NCBI GenBank assembly: GCA_030627285.1
Contig: DAOUSJ010000001.1
Location: 1-62,917, forward strand
Source of the DNA: Methylococcaceae bacterium
GTDB lineage: Bacteria; Pseudomonadota; Gammaproteobacteria; Methylococcales; Methylomonadaceae
DNA: 62,917 nucleotides
Direction of reading: 5' to 3'
The notes under the pieces: generated by a model
Seen by the model: the letters and a program-made list of their open reading frames with translations, nothing else
Databases searched by the model: none
What the model was told of the DNA's origin: nothing
Shown: positions 50,544-59,558 of the stretch, piece after piece
Position numbering within the stretch: position 1 is the first letter of the stretch
Layout of the letters: every line of letters begins with the position of its first letter
Position numbers and translations under genes: made by a program

Positions 50544-53156
50544 ATGTCATTTATTGCCAATTTATCACTTAAAAATAAAGTCAACATCTTGCTTCTCATG
50601 CCCATAGGAGCTGCCTTCTTAATTTTGGCAATTATTTTAATCTATATAGAAAGTTATAATAATTGGAAAACCTTAAAAGATAGCATCCAAAACCAAGCCA
50701 ATATTGTAGCCGTTAAGATTACTCCAGAAATTATTTCTCCAAACAATCCCACAACAGCCACGGCAATCTTAGAAACCTTAAAATTAAATCCAGTAATATT
50801 ATCTGCTAGTATTGCCACCGCAGATAATCCATCTTATGCAATTTATCAACGACATTTAATTTCACCAATAGAAACTTGGAGTTTTACACCTAAATTTATC
50901 CCAAAAACTTATCTACTTAAAAAACCTATATCCAATAATAGCCGCATAGTCATTAAAATAAGTTTGCATACTTTATATAAACAAATATATACCAACATTG
51001 GCTTAATATTATTTTCTATGCTGTGTTGCTTTATATTAATAATAATACTATCACACTGGATAATAAAACTAATTAGCACCGAAATTTTTTCAATATCTAA
51101 AACAATTGAAAATTCTTCTAAAAATAACAATTATCATATTAAATTTAATAATTTAAATCATGATGCTATTGGTAAATTAAATACAGTTTTAAATACAATT
51201 TTCTCTGAAATAAACTCCAATACTGCATATTTATTAAAAATAAACACCCAAAACCAACAAGAATTAGAACATTTAAAAAAAACCACCAAGGAATCCAATA
51301 ATTCTAAACAAGAATTTTTAGCCAAAATAGACCATGAAATACGCATCCCTATACATGCTATTACAAACTTACATACTTTATTAACAAAAACTAATTTATC
51401 CCAACAACAACAAAATTATTTAACTAAAACTGATATTGAAATTAATATTCTGTTAGATATTATTAATAATTTATTATATTTTTCTAAAATTGAAACTAAG
51501 CAACTAGAATTAAATAATACCCCATGGAATATAGATAATTTATTAGATAATATTGCCAATACCATTGCAGTTAAAGCACATAAAAAAGGTTTAGAATTAT
51601 TTTTACATAGGAACCGACAAATTCCTAAAATATTAATCGGAGATGATAATCGTCTTAAACAAGCCATTAATAATATAATTAGCAACCTTGTAAGTCTAAC
51701 TAATAGTGGTCAAATCTGCTTAAACATTGAGTTACGTAAACAATCAAAATCTGCAGTTACTTTGTTATTTTCGATTCAAAACAGTAACATTCAAGAAATA
51801 CATGATTTAGCATTTATAAATCCTGAATTGCCTGTAAATTATACACATAATAATGGCGAACTTTTAGGTGTTAAAATAAGTCAAAATATAATTAATTCTA
51901 TGGGTGGTAATCTAGAAATTCAAAATTCCGACAAACCCAACAGTAAATTTTTCTTTACCTTAAAATTTCCTATAGATACTCAACAAAATATACCCCAGAT
52001 AAATTTAAATCCGTTAAAAACCTTAGTAATTGTAGAATCTAATAAAATTCCTATATATATCCAAAAACTATTAAGTGATTTACATTTTCCCAGCCAATAC
52101 ATATCTCATACAGAAGCATGTAAAGCCAACCTCCAAACTCAAAATTATGCCTTAATTATAATTGATTGTAACGTAGAAACAATAAATCCTGATTTAAAAA
52201 TTTGGAATAGTTTTAGTAACTTAAATATTTTATGGTTAGTAACATCTATTAACTACGAACAAACTCAACAACTTTACAATATTCCAAAAAATAATATTTT
52301 AACTAAACCTTTTAGCTTACCAAAATTAATTACTTCAATCCAAAATATTACTGACCATCAAAATCTACCAATAGTTAAATCAAATTTAAATCAAATTATT
52401 AATGATAGCCATGTATTACTAGTGGAAGATAATTATATTAATCAACAGGTTGTATGTGACATACTTAAAAATTACGTACAATATGTTAGTGTGGTTGAAA
52501 ATGGAAAACAAGCGGTGGAATTAATTAAAACTCAAAATTTTGATTTAATCTTAATGGATATTGAAATCCCAATTATGGATGGAATTCAAACTAGTATGTT
52601 AATTCGTGAAAAGAATCCTGCTAAGGAATTACCGATTATTGCTATGACTGTACATACAATGAAAAAGGATCGAGAAAAGCGTTTTGCAGCTGGTATAAAT
52701 GATTATATTATTAAGCCAGTAAATCCACATCATTTAATGCAAATTTTAGATAAATATTTACCGAAAAATAAAGCTCAAATCAAAGTAGAACCAAACAGCA
52801 ACCCTATTGCAGAAGTTGATATTAATTTTTTCAATGGCATGCATCATTTATCCAATAATAAAACTTTGTATTTAAAATTATTAAATATGTTTGTAAATAA
52901 ACATTCAAAAAGTGTAACTATTATTGAAAGTTATTTAACAAATAGTGATCTGGAAAATGCAATTTCTGAAACACATATATTAAAAGGTGTAGCTGCGAAC
53001 TTAGGTGCAAATAGTTTATCCAAAACTGCTAGTAAATTAGAATTGGATTTAAAAGGTACTGGCAATGAAAGTGAAATACAAGCTAATGTGAACCAATTAG
53101 ATTATGAATTAAAACAATTTTTGGTAGCAATAGAGAATTATTTATTAGTGAATTAA
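50544..53156 (+). CDS. Hybrid sensor histidine kinase (2 TM sensor, HAMP, HisKA, degenerate HATPase, pseudo-receiver, receiver, Hpt)
   Basis: The H-box (FLAKIDHEIRIP), N-box (AINNIISN), receiver (LLVEDNYINQ...DLILMDIEIPIMDG...AMTVH...IIKP) and Hpt (HILKGVAANLGA) are present. The likely start is the ATG at 50544 (MSFIANLS...). Confidence 0.8.
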   Translation: MSFIANLSLKNKVNILLLMPIGAAFLILAIILIYIESYNNWKTLKDSIQNQANIVAVKITPEIISPNNPTTATAILETLKLNPVILSASIATADNPSYAIYQRHLISPIETWSFTPKFIPKTYLLKKPISNNSRIVIKISLHTLYKQIYTNIGLILFSMLCCFILIIILSHWIIKLISTEIFSISKTIENSSKNNNYHIKFNNLNHDAIGKLNTVLNTIFSEINSNTAYLLKINTQNQQELEHLKKTTKESNNSKQEFLAKIDHEIRIPIHAITNLHTLLTKTNLSQQQQNYLTKTDIEINILLDIINNLLYFSKIETKQLELNNTPWNIDNLLDNIANTIAVKAHKKGLELFLHRNRQIPKILIGDDNRLKQAINNIISNLVSLTNSGQICLNIELRKQSKSAVTLLFSIQNSNIQEIHDLAFINPELPVNYTHNNGELLGVKISQNIINSMGGNLEIQNSDKPNSKFFFTLKFPIDTQQNIPQINLNPLKTLVIVESNKIPIYIQKLLSDLHFPSQYISHTEACKANLQTQNYALIIIDCNVETINPDLKIWNSFSNLNILWLVTSINYEQTQQLYNIPKNNILTKPFSLPKLITSIQNITDHQNLPIVKSNLNQIINDSHVLLVEDNYINQQVVCDILKNYVQYVSVVENGKQAVELIKTQNFDLILMDIEIPIMDGIQTSMLIREKNPAKELPIIAMTVHTMKKDREKRFAAGINDYIIKPVNPHHLMQILDKYLPKNKAQIKVEPNSNPIAEVDINFFNGMHHLSNNKTLYLKLLNMFVNKHSKSVTIIESYLTNSDLENAISETHILKGVAANLGANSLSKTASKLELDLKGTGNESEIQANVNQLDYELKQFLVAIENYLLVN

Positions 53157-53852
53157 TTATTCTTCTAAGATTTGCTTTAAAAATGGTATAGTTAATTTAC
53201 GTTGCGCCGATAAAGTTGCTTTATCTAATTGACCTAATAAAACCCATAATGAGGCTAAATCACTTGCATAATGATTTATTAAAAAATTACCTACCTTTGG
53301 AGTAATGGTAATTCCCATATAACTGGCTTTATAAATTAATGCTGCAACACTATCATCATTTGCAAAATCAGCTAATTTTAATAAAGTTCCTAGATTCAAA
53401 TACTGTTTTAAATCAGGTAGTTTAATGGCTATATTTTCTGGATTTTGACGTGCAGATAATACCCAACGATAATTATTTGCCAAATGCTGGTTTAAAAAAT
53501 TCAAAAATTCTTGTTCTAAATCTAAATGTCCTGCAATTGCATCTATATTATCAAAACAAACTAATTTAACTTGTTCTAGACCTTCAAACATTCCCAAAGT
53601 AGGTAGTGTATTCGGTTTAAATGAATAATAGAATGAATTAATTTCGTGCTGAGATGCTAATTGGCAACATGATTGTAATAAATGACTTTTTCCGTAACCA
53701 ATGCCGCCATATAAAAAAATATGTGCATCTCCAGAACCTACAACTAAATTTTTTAATGCTGTTACAATAGGCTTATTACAACCTGAATAAAAAGTTTCAA
53801 AACCTTTATTGGCTTGAAATTCAAACTGCAATGGAAACTGAATAGAATTCAT
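53157..53852 (-). CDS. hda: DnaA regulatory inactivator Hda
   Basis: It is a 231-aa DnaA-like AAA+ protein (YGGIGYGKSHLL) with an N-terminal clamp-binding-like QFPLQF. Confidence 0.85.
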   Translation of the reverse strand: MNSIQFPLQFEFQANKGFETFYSGCNKPIVTALKNLVVGSGDAHIFLYGGIGYGKSHLLQSCCQLASQHEINSFYYSFKPNTLPTLGMFEGLEQVKLVCFDNIDAIAGHLDLEQEFLNFLNQHLANNYRWVLSARQNPENIAIKLPDLKQYLNLGTLLKLADFANDDSVAALIYKASYMGITITPKVGNFLINHYASDLASLWVLLGQLDKATLSAQRKLTIPFLKQILEE

Positions 53853-54208
53853 GAATTTTCTTTTCCAATCATCCGTACATAAAAACTAGCTCCAAAAAAA
53901 GCCAATAAACTCAAAATTATTTCTAAACTTGCTAGCCAGCGTTCATCTGCATTAACTACAGCTTCTTGAGTTCCATGCACAAAATATAATAAGCTGACAT
54001 ACGCAGACCAAGCACAGGCTTTTTTTGAACCTTGAAGTAAACCTTTCAAAGGCAATAATAGCGGCGTAATCATGAATAACAAGACTAATCCTGTAGGGAA
54101 ATATTTCGATGGTGCTAAGACTATATTCCATAACATTAGCAATACAAATAAGCTTAAATACGCGCTAATTGCTAAATAATGCCAAGAAGTTGCACTGATT
54201 TTTATCAT
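53849..54208 (-). CDS. DUF2069-family membrane protein
   Basis: It is a 119-aa four-TM protein in the conserved arsC-DUF2069-hda arrangement. Confidence 0.7.
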   Translation of the reverse strand: MIKISATSWHYLAISAYLSLFVLLMLWNIVLAPSKYFPTGLVLLFMITPLLLPLKGLLQGSKKACAWSAYVSLLYFVHGTQEAVVNADERWLASLEIILSLLAFFGASFYVRMIGKENS

Positions 54209-54218
54209 TTTTTTGTTC

Positions 54219-54575
54219 TTATAAAATTGCTAAAACTGCTTCTGGAGGTCTACCAAGGGCGGCTTTATTATTTGCAAATACAATCGGACGTTCAATTAAT
54301 TTAGGATTATCCAGCATCGCTTGCAATAAAACTGCATCTGATAGAGATAAATCTTTTAAGCCTAATTCTTTATATATAGTTTCAGTTTTACGCAATAATT
54401 CACGAGCTGATTTACCTAGTTTTTGCAAAACCAATTCTAATTCAGCTTGATTTGGAGGATTTTGCAAATATTCAATTATTATAGGCTCAAACCCTTTATC
54501 TTGTAATAATTGTAAGGTTTGTCTAGATTTACTGCATCTAGGATTATGCCAAATAGTTACGCTCATGTGAAACAC
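54219..54575 (-). CDS. arsC: ArsC-family (glutaredoxin-type) reductase
   Basis: IWHNPRCSKSRQTL and ...IERPIV are present. The start may be the internal ATG at 54566. Confidence 0.8.
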   Translation of the reverse strand: MFHMSVTIWHNPRCSKSRQTLQLLQDKGFEPIIIEYLQNPPNQAELELVLQKLGKSARELLRKTETIYKELGLKDLSLSDAVLLQAMLDNPKLIERPIVFANNKAALGRPPEAVLAIL

Positions 54576-54633
54576 TCATAAGGACAAGAAACCGTTATAA
54601 TAGCATTTTGTCTTCTTAACTGCCTTGAAAGCT

Positions 54634-56064
54634 ATGAAATTACCTGATTATTCTTCCGCTCGTGTCTTGGTGGTTGGCGATTTAATGTTAGATCGCTATT
54701 GGCACGGTAATACCTCCCGCATTTCTGCTGAAGCTCCTGTTCCTATAGTGCATGTCAAAAATAATGAACAACGGGCTGGTGGTGCTGGGAATGTAGCTTT
54801 AAACCTCGCGGCTTTAGGGGCTAAAGTTACTACCATAGGTTTTGTAGGTCAAGATGAAGCTGCAATACAATTACGCAAATTAATGGAAACCGCAGGAATT
54901 ACATGTAAATTTGAGGAATTAATTAATCAACCGACAATTACTAAACTGCGAATTATGAGTCGCAATCAACAACTGATTCGGTTGGATTTTGAAGAGAGGT
55001 TTCATGATATTGATGAGAGCAGTTTATTAGCACATTTTAAAACTGAACTAGAACAAACTCAAATAGTGATATTGTCTGATTATGGTAAGGGAACTTTAAA
55101 TAATATCCAAAAATTTATCACTTTAGCTATCAAAATGCACAAACCAGTGTTAATTGATCCTAAAGGTACAAATTTTCAACGCTATCGTAACGCATCTTTA
55201 ATTACTCCAAATTTAACTGAATTTGAGGCTGTTGTTGGTACTTGTGAAACTGAAGAAGAAATTGTTTCCAAGGGATTGAATTTATTAGATGAATTGCAAT
55301 TAGAAGCATTGTTAATCACTCGTAGTAAACAAGGCATGACTTTATTAACTAAAGATAGTCCTGCGTTACATTTACCAACTCACGCCCTTGAAGTTTTTGA
55401 TGTTACTGGTGCTGGAGACACAGTTATTTCAACTCTTGCAGCCAGTTTAGCCGCACATAAAACTTTAGCAGAATCCACTAAGTTAGCTAATTTAGCTGCT
55501 GGTTCTGTAGTAGGAAAAATGGGAACGGCGACAGTAACAGCAGAAGAATTAAATTATGCTATTCATGGATCTAAAGCCCATTATCGTGGAATTGGAACTC
55601 TTGCAGAAATTTTAACCGCAATCCGTCAGGCACAAGATGATGGTGAAAAAATTGTTTTAACTAATGGCTGTTTTGATTTGTTGCATTTAGGACATATTAC
55701 TTATTTAAAACAAGCTAAAGCTTTAGGCAATCGTTTAGTCGTATTGGTGAATAGTAATGCTTCGGTACAACGTCTCAAAGGCGAAACCCGCCCAATTAAT
55801 GATTTAGAACATAGAATGGCAATGTTAGCTGCCTTAGAATGTGTAGATTGGGTAATGTCATTTGAAGCAGATACCCCACAAAACATGATTGCAAAATTAT
55901 TACCAGATATTCTAGTAAAAGGTGGTGATTATAAAGATATTTCTACTATTGTCGGTCATAAGGAAGTATTAGCTAATGGCGGTAAAGTGGAAATCTTAAA
56001 CTTTGTAGATGGACATTCAACCACTAACATAATTCAAACCATTCAAGGTACTGTCAATGACTAA
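54634..56064 (+). CDS. hldE: Bifunctional D-beta-D-heptose 7-phosphate kinase / heptose 1-phosphate adenylyltransferase
   Basis: The N-terminal ribokinase-like domain (VLVVGDLMLDRYW, DVTGAGDTV) and the C-terminal cytidylyltransferase domain (TNGCFDLLHLGH) are present. An alternative TTG start lies at 54625. Confidence 0.9.
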   Translation: MKLPDYSSARVLVVGDLMLDRYWHGNTSRISAEAPVPIVHVKNNEQRAGGAGNVALNLAALGAKVTTIGFVGQDEAAIQLRKLMETAGITCKFEELINQPTITKLRIMSRNQQLIRLDFEERFHDIDESSLLAHFKTELEQTQIVILSDYGKGTLNNIQKFITLAIKMHKPVLIDPKGTNFQRYRNASLITPNLTEFEAVVGTCETEEEIVSKGLNLLDELQLEALLITRSKQGMTLLTKDSPALHLPTHALEVFDVTGAGDTVISTLAASLAAHKTLAESTKLANLAAGSVVGKMGTATVTAEELNYAIHGSKAHYRGIGTLAEILTAIRQAQDDGEKIVLTNGCFDLLHLGHITYLKQAKALGNRLVVLVNSNASVQRLKGETRPINDLEHRMAMLAALECVDWVMSFEADTPQNMIAKLLPDILVKGGDYKDISTIVGHKEVLANGGKVEILNFVDGHSTTNIIQTIQGTVND

Positions 56065-56923
56065 AACCGAATACTTAGAACGCGCGCACCAATATTGGCT
56101 CTTAGCACGTTTTGACAAGCCAATTGGAATCTTAATTTTACTCTGGCCAACTTTATGGGCATTATGGATAGCTAGTGCCGGCAACCCTGATATGTTAGTA
56201 TTATTAGTAATAACCTCTGGAGTAGTATTAACCCGTGCTGCTGGTTGTATAATCAATGATTACGCCGATAGAAATTTTGATCCACATGTAGAGCGCACCA
56301 AACAACGCCCAATTGCAGCTGGTAAAGTAACTCCAACCGAAGCTTTAAAATTATTTGGCGTGGTTATTTCCATTACCTTATTGTCAGTCCTATTATTAAA
56401 CACCCTCACAATTTTGCTATCATTGATTGGCGCAGCTTTAATAATTAGCTACCCGTTTATGAAACGTTACACCCATTTACCCCAAGCATATTTAGGCATC
56501 GCCTTTGGCTGGGCAATCCCAATGGCATTTGCAGCGCAAACCAATAATATTCCTACAGTTGCATGGTTAATGTACCTAGCCACTGCATTATGGGCAATTG
56601 TATATGACACTATTTATGCAATGGTGGATAAAGAAGATGATTTAAAAATTGGGGTAAAATCCACGGCAATTTTATTTGGCACTAAAGTACGTGAAATAAT
56701 TGCCAGCTTACAAATAATTATCTTAGGCTTGCTAACTAGTATTGGAGTTTTGCAAGATTTAGGCGGATTTTATTATGTCAGTATTATCATTGGCGCAGGC
56801 TTATTTATTCACCAACAAAGCTTAATTTTGCAACAACATAAAGCTAATTGTTTTCAAGCATTTTTAAATAGCCATTACTTTGCACTCAGCATTTTTATAG
56901 GCATATTTATTAATTATCTATAG
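56057..56923 (+). CDS. ubiA: 4-hydroxybenzoate polyprenyltransferase
   Basis: The UbiA motifs NDYADRNFD and YDTIYAMVDKEDD are present in a polytopic membrane protein. Confidence 0.9.
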   Translation: MTKTEYLERAHQYWLLARFDKPIGILILLWPTLWALWIASAGNPDMLVLLVITSGVVLTRAAGCIINDYADRNFDPHVERTKQRPIAAGKVTPTEALKLFGVVISITLLSVLLLNTLTILLSLIGAALIISYPFMKRYTHLPQAYLGIAFGWAIPMAFAAQTNNIPTVAWLMYLATALWAIVYDTIYAMVDKEDDLKIGVKSTAILFGTKVREIIASLQIIILGLLTSIGVLQDLGGFYYVSIIIGAGLFIHQQSLILQQHKANCFQAFLNSHYFALSIFIGIFINYL

Positions 56924-56932
56924 GCAAAAAAA

Positions 56933-56958
56933 GACCACTTAGAAACATCTAAGCAGTC
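56933..56958. terminator. Imperfect hairpin between ubiA and tRNA-Leu (possible bidirectional terminator)
   Basis: The arms gaccacttag and ctaagcagtc form 3+5 bp around a 2x2 internal mismatch and a 6-nt loop. An A-run lies upstream and T-rich sequence downstream. Confidence 0.25.
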
Positions 56959-56973
56959 TATTTATAAAATTCG

Positions 56974-57058
56974 TGGTACCGAGGGTCGGAATCGAACCGA
57001 CACTCCCGAAGGAACTGGATTTTGAATCCAGCGCGTCTACCAGTTTCACCACCCCGGC
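56974..57058 (-). tRNA. tRNA-Leu (anticodon CAA), class II with a long variable arm
   Basis: The reverse complement reads GCCGGGGTGGTGAAACTGGTAGACGCGCTGGATTCAAAATCCAGTTCCTTCGGGAGTGTCGGTTCGATTCCGACCCTCGGTACCA. It folds as a cloverleaf with CTGGA/TCCAG as the anticodon stem, a TTCGATT T-loop and an encoded CCA. The acceptor stem has G1-U72 and G5-U68 wobbles. Confidence 0.9.
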
Positions 57059-57138
57059 ACGAACTCAACATTATAAATAAATATTGTTAATATAACTACT
57101 ATTTTCTAACCATTATCCCTAAATAACGCCGAAATTCT

Positions 57139-58179
57139 ATGCAAAAAAGTGATTTTAAGTATCAATTACCACCTGAACTTATTGCGCAACAACCGTTAAC
57201 AAAACGTACTGATAGCCGTTTATTAAGCATCAACAAACACACTGGTGCATATCAAGACCATGTATTTCAAGACTTTATTAATTTTTTACAACCACAAGAC
57301 TTATTAGTTTTTAACGACACCCAAGTAATTCCTGCACGCTTATTTGGGAAAAAATCTACTGGTGGCAAAGTTGAAATTTTAATTGAGCGTATTTTAAATA
57401 CTAAGCAGGCATTAGCACATATTAAAGCTAGTAAAGCTCCTAAAGCCAAGACTATAATTGAATTAACTCCGGATTATCAATGCCAAATTTTAGGACGTGA
57501 AAATGATTTATTCAAATTGGAATTTAATAGCCATGAATCTATCTTAGAAATTTTAAATGCCATTGGTCACATTCCATTACCACCATATATTACCCGTGCA
57601 GACAATGAAACCGACTTTGACCGCTACCAAACTGTATTTGCCAAACAACAAGGGGCAGTAGCAGCTCCCACCGCTGGATTACATTTTGATGCTGAATTAA
57701 TGCAAAAAATTCAACAAAAAAATATTGCTACTAGTTTTGTAACTTTGCACGTTGGTAGTGGTACTTTTCAGCCAGTACGAGTGGAAAATTTAGATGAACA
57801 CCTCATGCACACAGAATATTTTGCAGTTTCAGATGCAGTGGTTCAGCAAGTTCAAGCAACTCAAGCTAATGGTGGCAGAATTATAGCCATTGGCACTACT
57901 GCACTTAGGGCTTTAGAATCAGCTTCTAAAACTGGGCGTTTAAAACCTAGCATGGGTAATACAGATTTATTTATTCGACCCAATGGTTATCAATTCAAAA
58001 CTGTTGATGCTTTATTAACCAATTTTCATTTGCCAGAATCCACCTTATTAATGTTAATATCAGCTTTTGCCGGCTATGAAAACATCCGCGCCGCTTATCA
58101 ACATGCAATTCAAGCTAAATACCGATTTTTTAGTTATGGTGATGCCATGTTTTTAAGTAATAAAGAATCACTTGAATAA
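57139..58179 (+). CDS. queA: S-adenosylmethionine:tRNA ribosyltransferase-isomerase
   Basis: MQKSDFKYQLPPELIAQ, GHIPLPPYI, APTAGLHF and NFHLPESTLLML are present. Confidence 0.95.
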   Translation: MQKSDFKYQLPPELIAQQPLTKRTDSRLLSINKHTGAYQDHVFQDFINFLQPQDLLVFNDTQVIPARLFGKKSTGGKVEILIERILNTKQALAHIKASKAPKAKTIIELTPDYQCQILGRENDLFKLEFNSHESILEILNAIGHIPLPPYITRADNETDFDRYQTVFAKQQGAVAAPTAGLHFDAELMQKIQQKNIATSFVTLHVGSGTFQPVRVENLDEHLMHTEYFAVSDAVVQQVQATQANGGRIIAIGTTALRALESASKTGRLKPSMGNTDLFIRPNGYQFKTVDALLTNFHLPESTLLMLISAFAGYENIRAAYQHAIQAKYRFFSYGDAMFLSNKESLE

Positions 58180-58202
58180 ATTTCATGGCTGTAAATGTGG
58201 TT

Positions 58203-58545
58203 CTATATAAACTCAAAATCACTACGAATTTTTTTTGCTAAAAAATATGCCAAATTAGCTGGAACCGCATTACCAACCATTTTATAGCCTGCCAAGACTG
58301 ATTTATAATAAAAGATGTGTGTATCTGGAAAAGTTTGAATTCTAGCACATTCTCTTACGCTTAACCTTCTATACAAATGTTGTTTTGCTGGTACAAAAAT
58401 TCGCTTATTTGTTTCTATAAACTGCATTTTAGGAGCTTGTGGATGAATCGGTGCATGTCGTCCGCCAGCCTGAATAGTAAAAGAATGCTCTTTCAAAACC
58501 TAAATCAAGCCCACCAGCACCAGAAAATAAGGAAACAATTTTCAT
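58203..58545 (-). pseudogene. Internally deleted remnant of a DNA (cytosine-5) methyltransferase
   Basis: ATG at 58545 gives MKIVSLFSGAGGLDLGFERA (motif I, AdoMet binding) and then runs out of frame to a stop. The overlapping frame (58203..58496) encodes only the C-terminal part, SFTIQAGGRHAPIHP...RRLSVRECARIQTFPD...GNAVP (motifs IX-X). The catalytic PC motif IV, motifs VI-VIII and the target-recognition domain are absent. Confidence 0.75.
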
Positions 58546-58607
58546 GATAATTCCAATAATATCAACAAATTTTTCAACAATGATTGCACTGGTATTAACT
58601 TCAGAAT

Positions 58608-59336
58608 TTAATGTGCAATCAATAACGGTAAGCTAACATTATGCCGTTTACCATTAATTTTAATAGCCAAGCGTAAAGTTTGCGCAGATTTTGCTTCATC
58701 CATACCTGGAAAAAATAAATACCCATAAGCTAAAGCACCTTTATTAATGCTTTCATTTCGCAACGAATGATGCTCATTGTCTGTAGTTATGCTAGTTTCT
58801 ACAGCTGAGTTTTCAGTTACGCCACCATAAATAGCTCCAGCTGCTCCACCCAAAACTGCACCTTTAGCGGCAGCAGTACCAATATTATCGCCAGTTAAAA
58901 TTCCAATAGCCAAACCAGCTAAAGCACCCGCAGCTCCCATTAATAATGCTGGTTGTGCTGTACCCGCAATAGTTTCAGTGACTTTAACTTCATCCTGAAT
59001 TCGTGTGTTCACTTGCTCAATACTCAACAATGGCCACGCTTGCGCCTGTAAATCGACTAAAAAAGTTTGTTCGCCTAATAACCTGACTCGATGTGAACTT
59101 TGATTATCAATCACCACTCTTACAGGCAAAATACCTGCACCACGAATATCATAGCCAAAAGTAGTTTTCGCAATCTCAGGATCGACATAAGCCCGCGCCA
59201 ATAATAACACCCCTTCCACATTTACATGCTCGTTATGCATTACTGGCAATGGAACTGGTGCAACCTTACTCTGATAAGGGCTACAACTAGTTAATACCAA
59301 ACATACACTTGTAACTAAACTTAATTTTTTTAACAT
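58608..59336 (-). CDS. Lipoprotein of unknown function with a central glycine-zipper segment
   Basis: The lipobox is VLTSCS. The central stretch LLMGAAGALAGLAIGILTGDNIGTAAAKGAVLGGAAGAIYGG is glycine-rich. I recognised no named family. Confidence 0.6.
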   Translation of the reverse strand: MLKKLSLVTSVCLVLTSCSPYQSKVAPVPLPVMHNEHVNVEGVLLLARAYVDPEIAKTTFGYDIRGAGILPVRVVIDNQSSHRVRLLGEQTFLVDLQAQAWPLLSIEQVNTRIQDEVKVTETIAGTAQPALLMGAAGALAGLAIGILTGDNIGTAAAKGAVLGGAAGAIYGGVTENSAVETSITTDNEHHSLRNESINKGALAYGYLFFPGMDEAKSAQTLRLAIKINGKRHNVSLPLLIAH

Positions 59337-59558
59337 AATCTTTGCACTCCAACAAACTTATCTAGACTTTGAGACCAGACTTTAATTAAATGATGTTTAT
59401 TTATTCTAAATAATATACACCCCAACCTGCAATCATAGTTTGATTAATTATACATATTTGCCAATCTATATCTCGCTAAGATCCATTTTAAATTCTGAAT
59501 TTCAACTATTATTAACCTATAATAACTAATACAATTCTGCGCCGCCAAAAGTTCAAAT

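Noticed and set aside
57070-57090. A candidate promoter for tRNA-Leu: TATAAT on the minus strand at 57070-57075 with a TTAACA at 57085-57090.
   Set aside because: The -10 hexamer is well placed relative to the tRNA 5' end. However, the only -35-like hexamer is 9 bp away, which is the wrong spacing, so I could not support a full promoter call.
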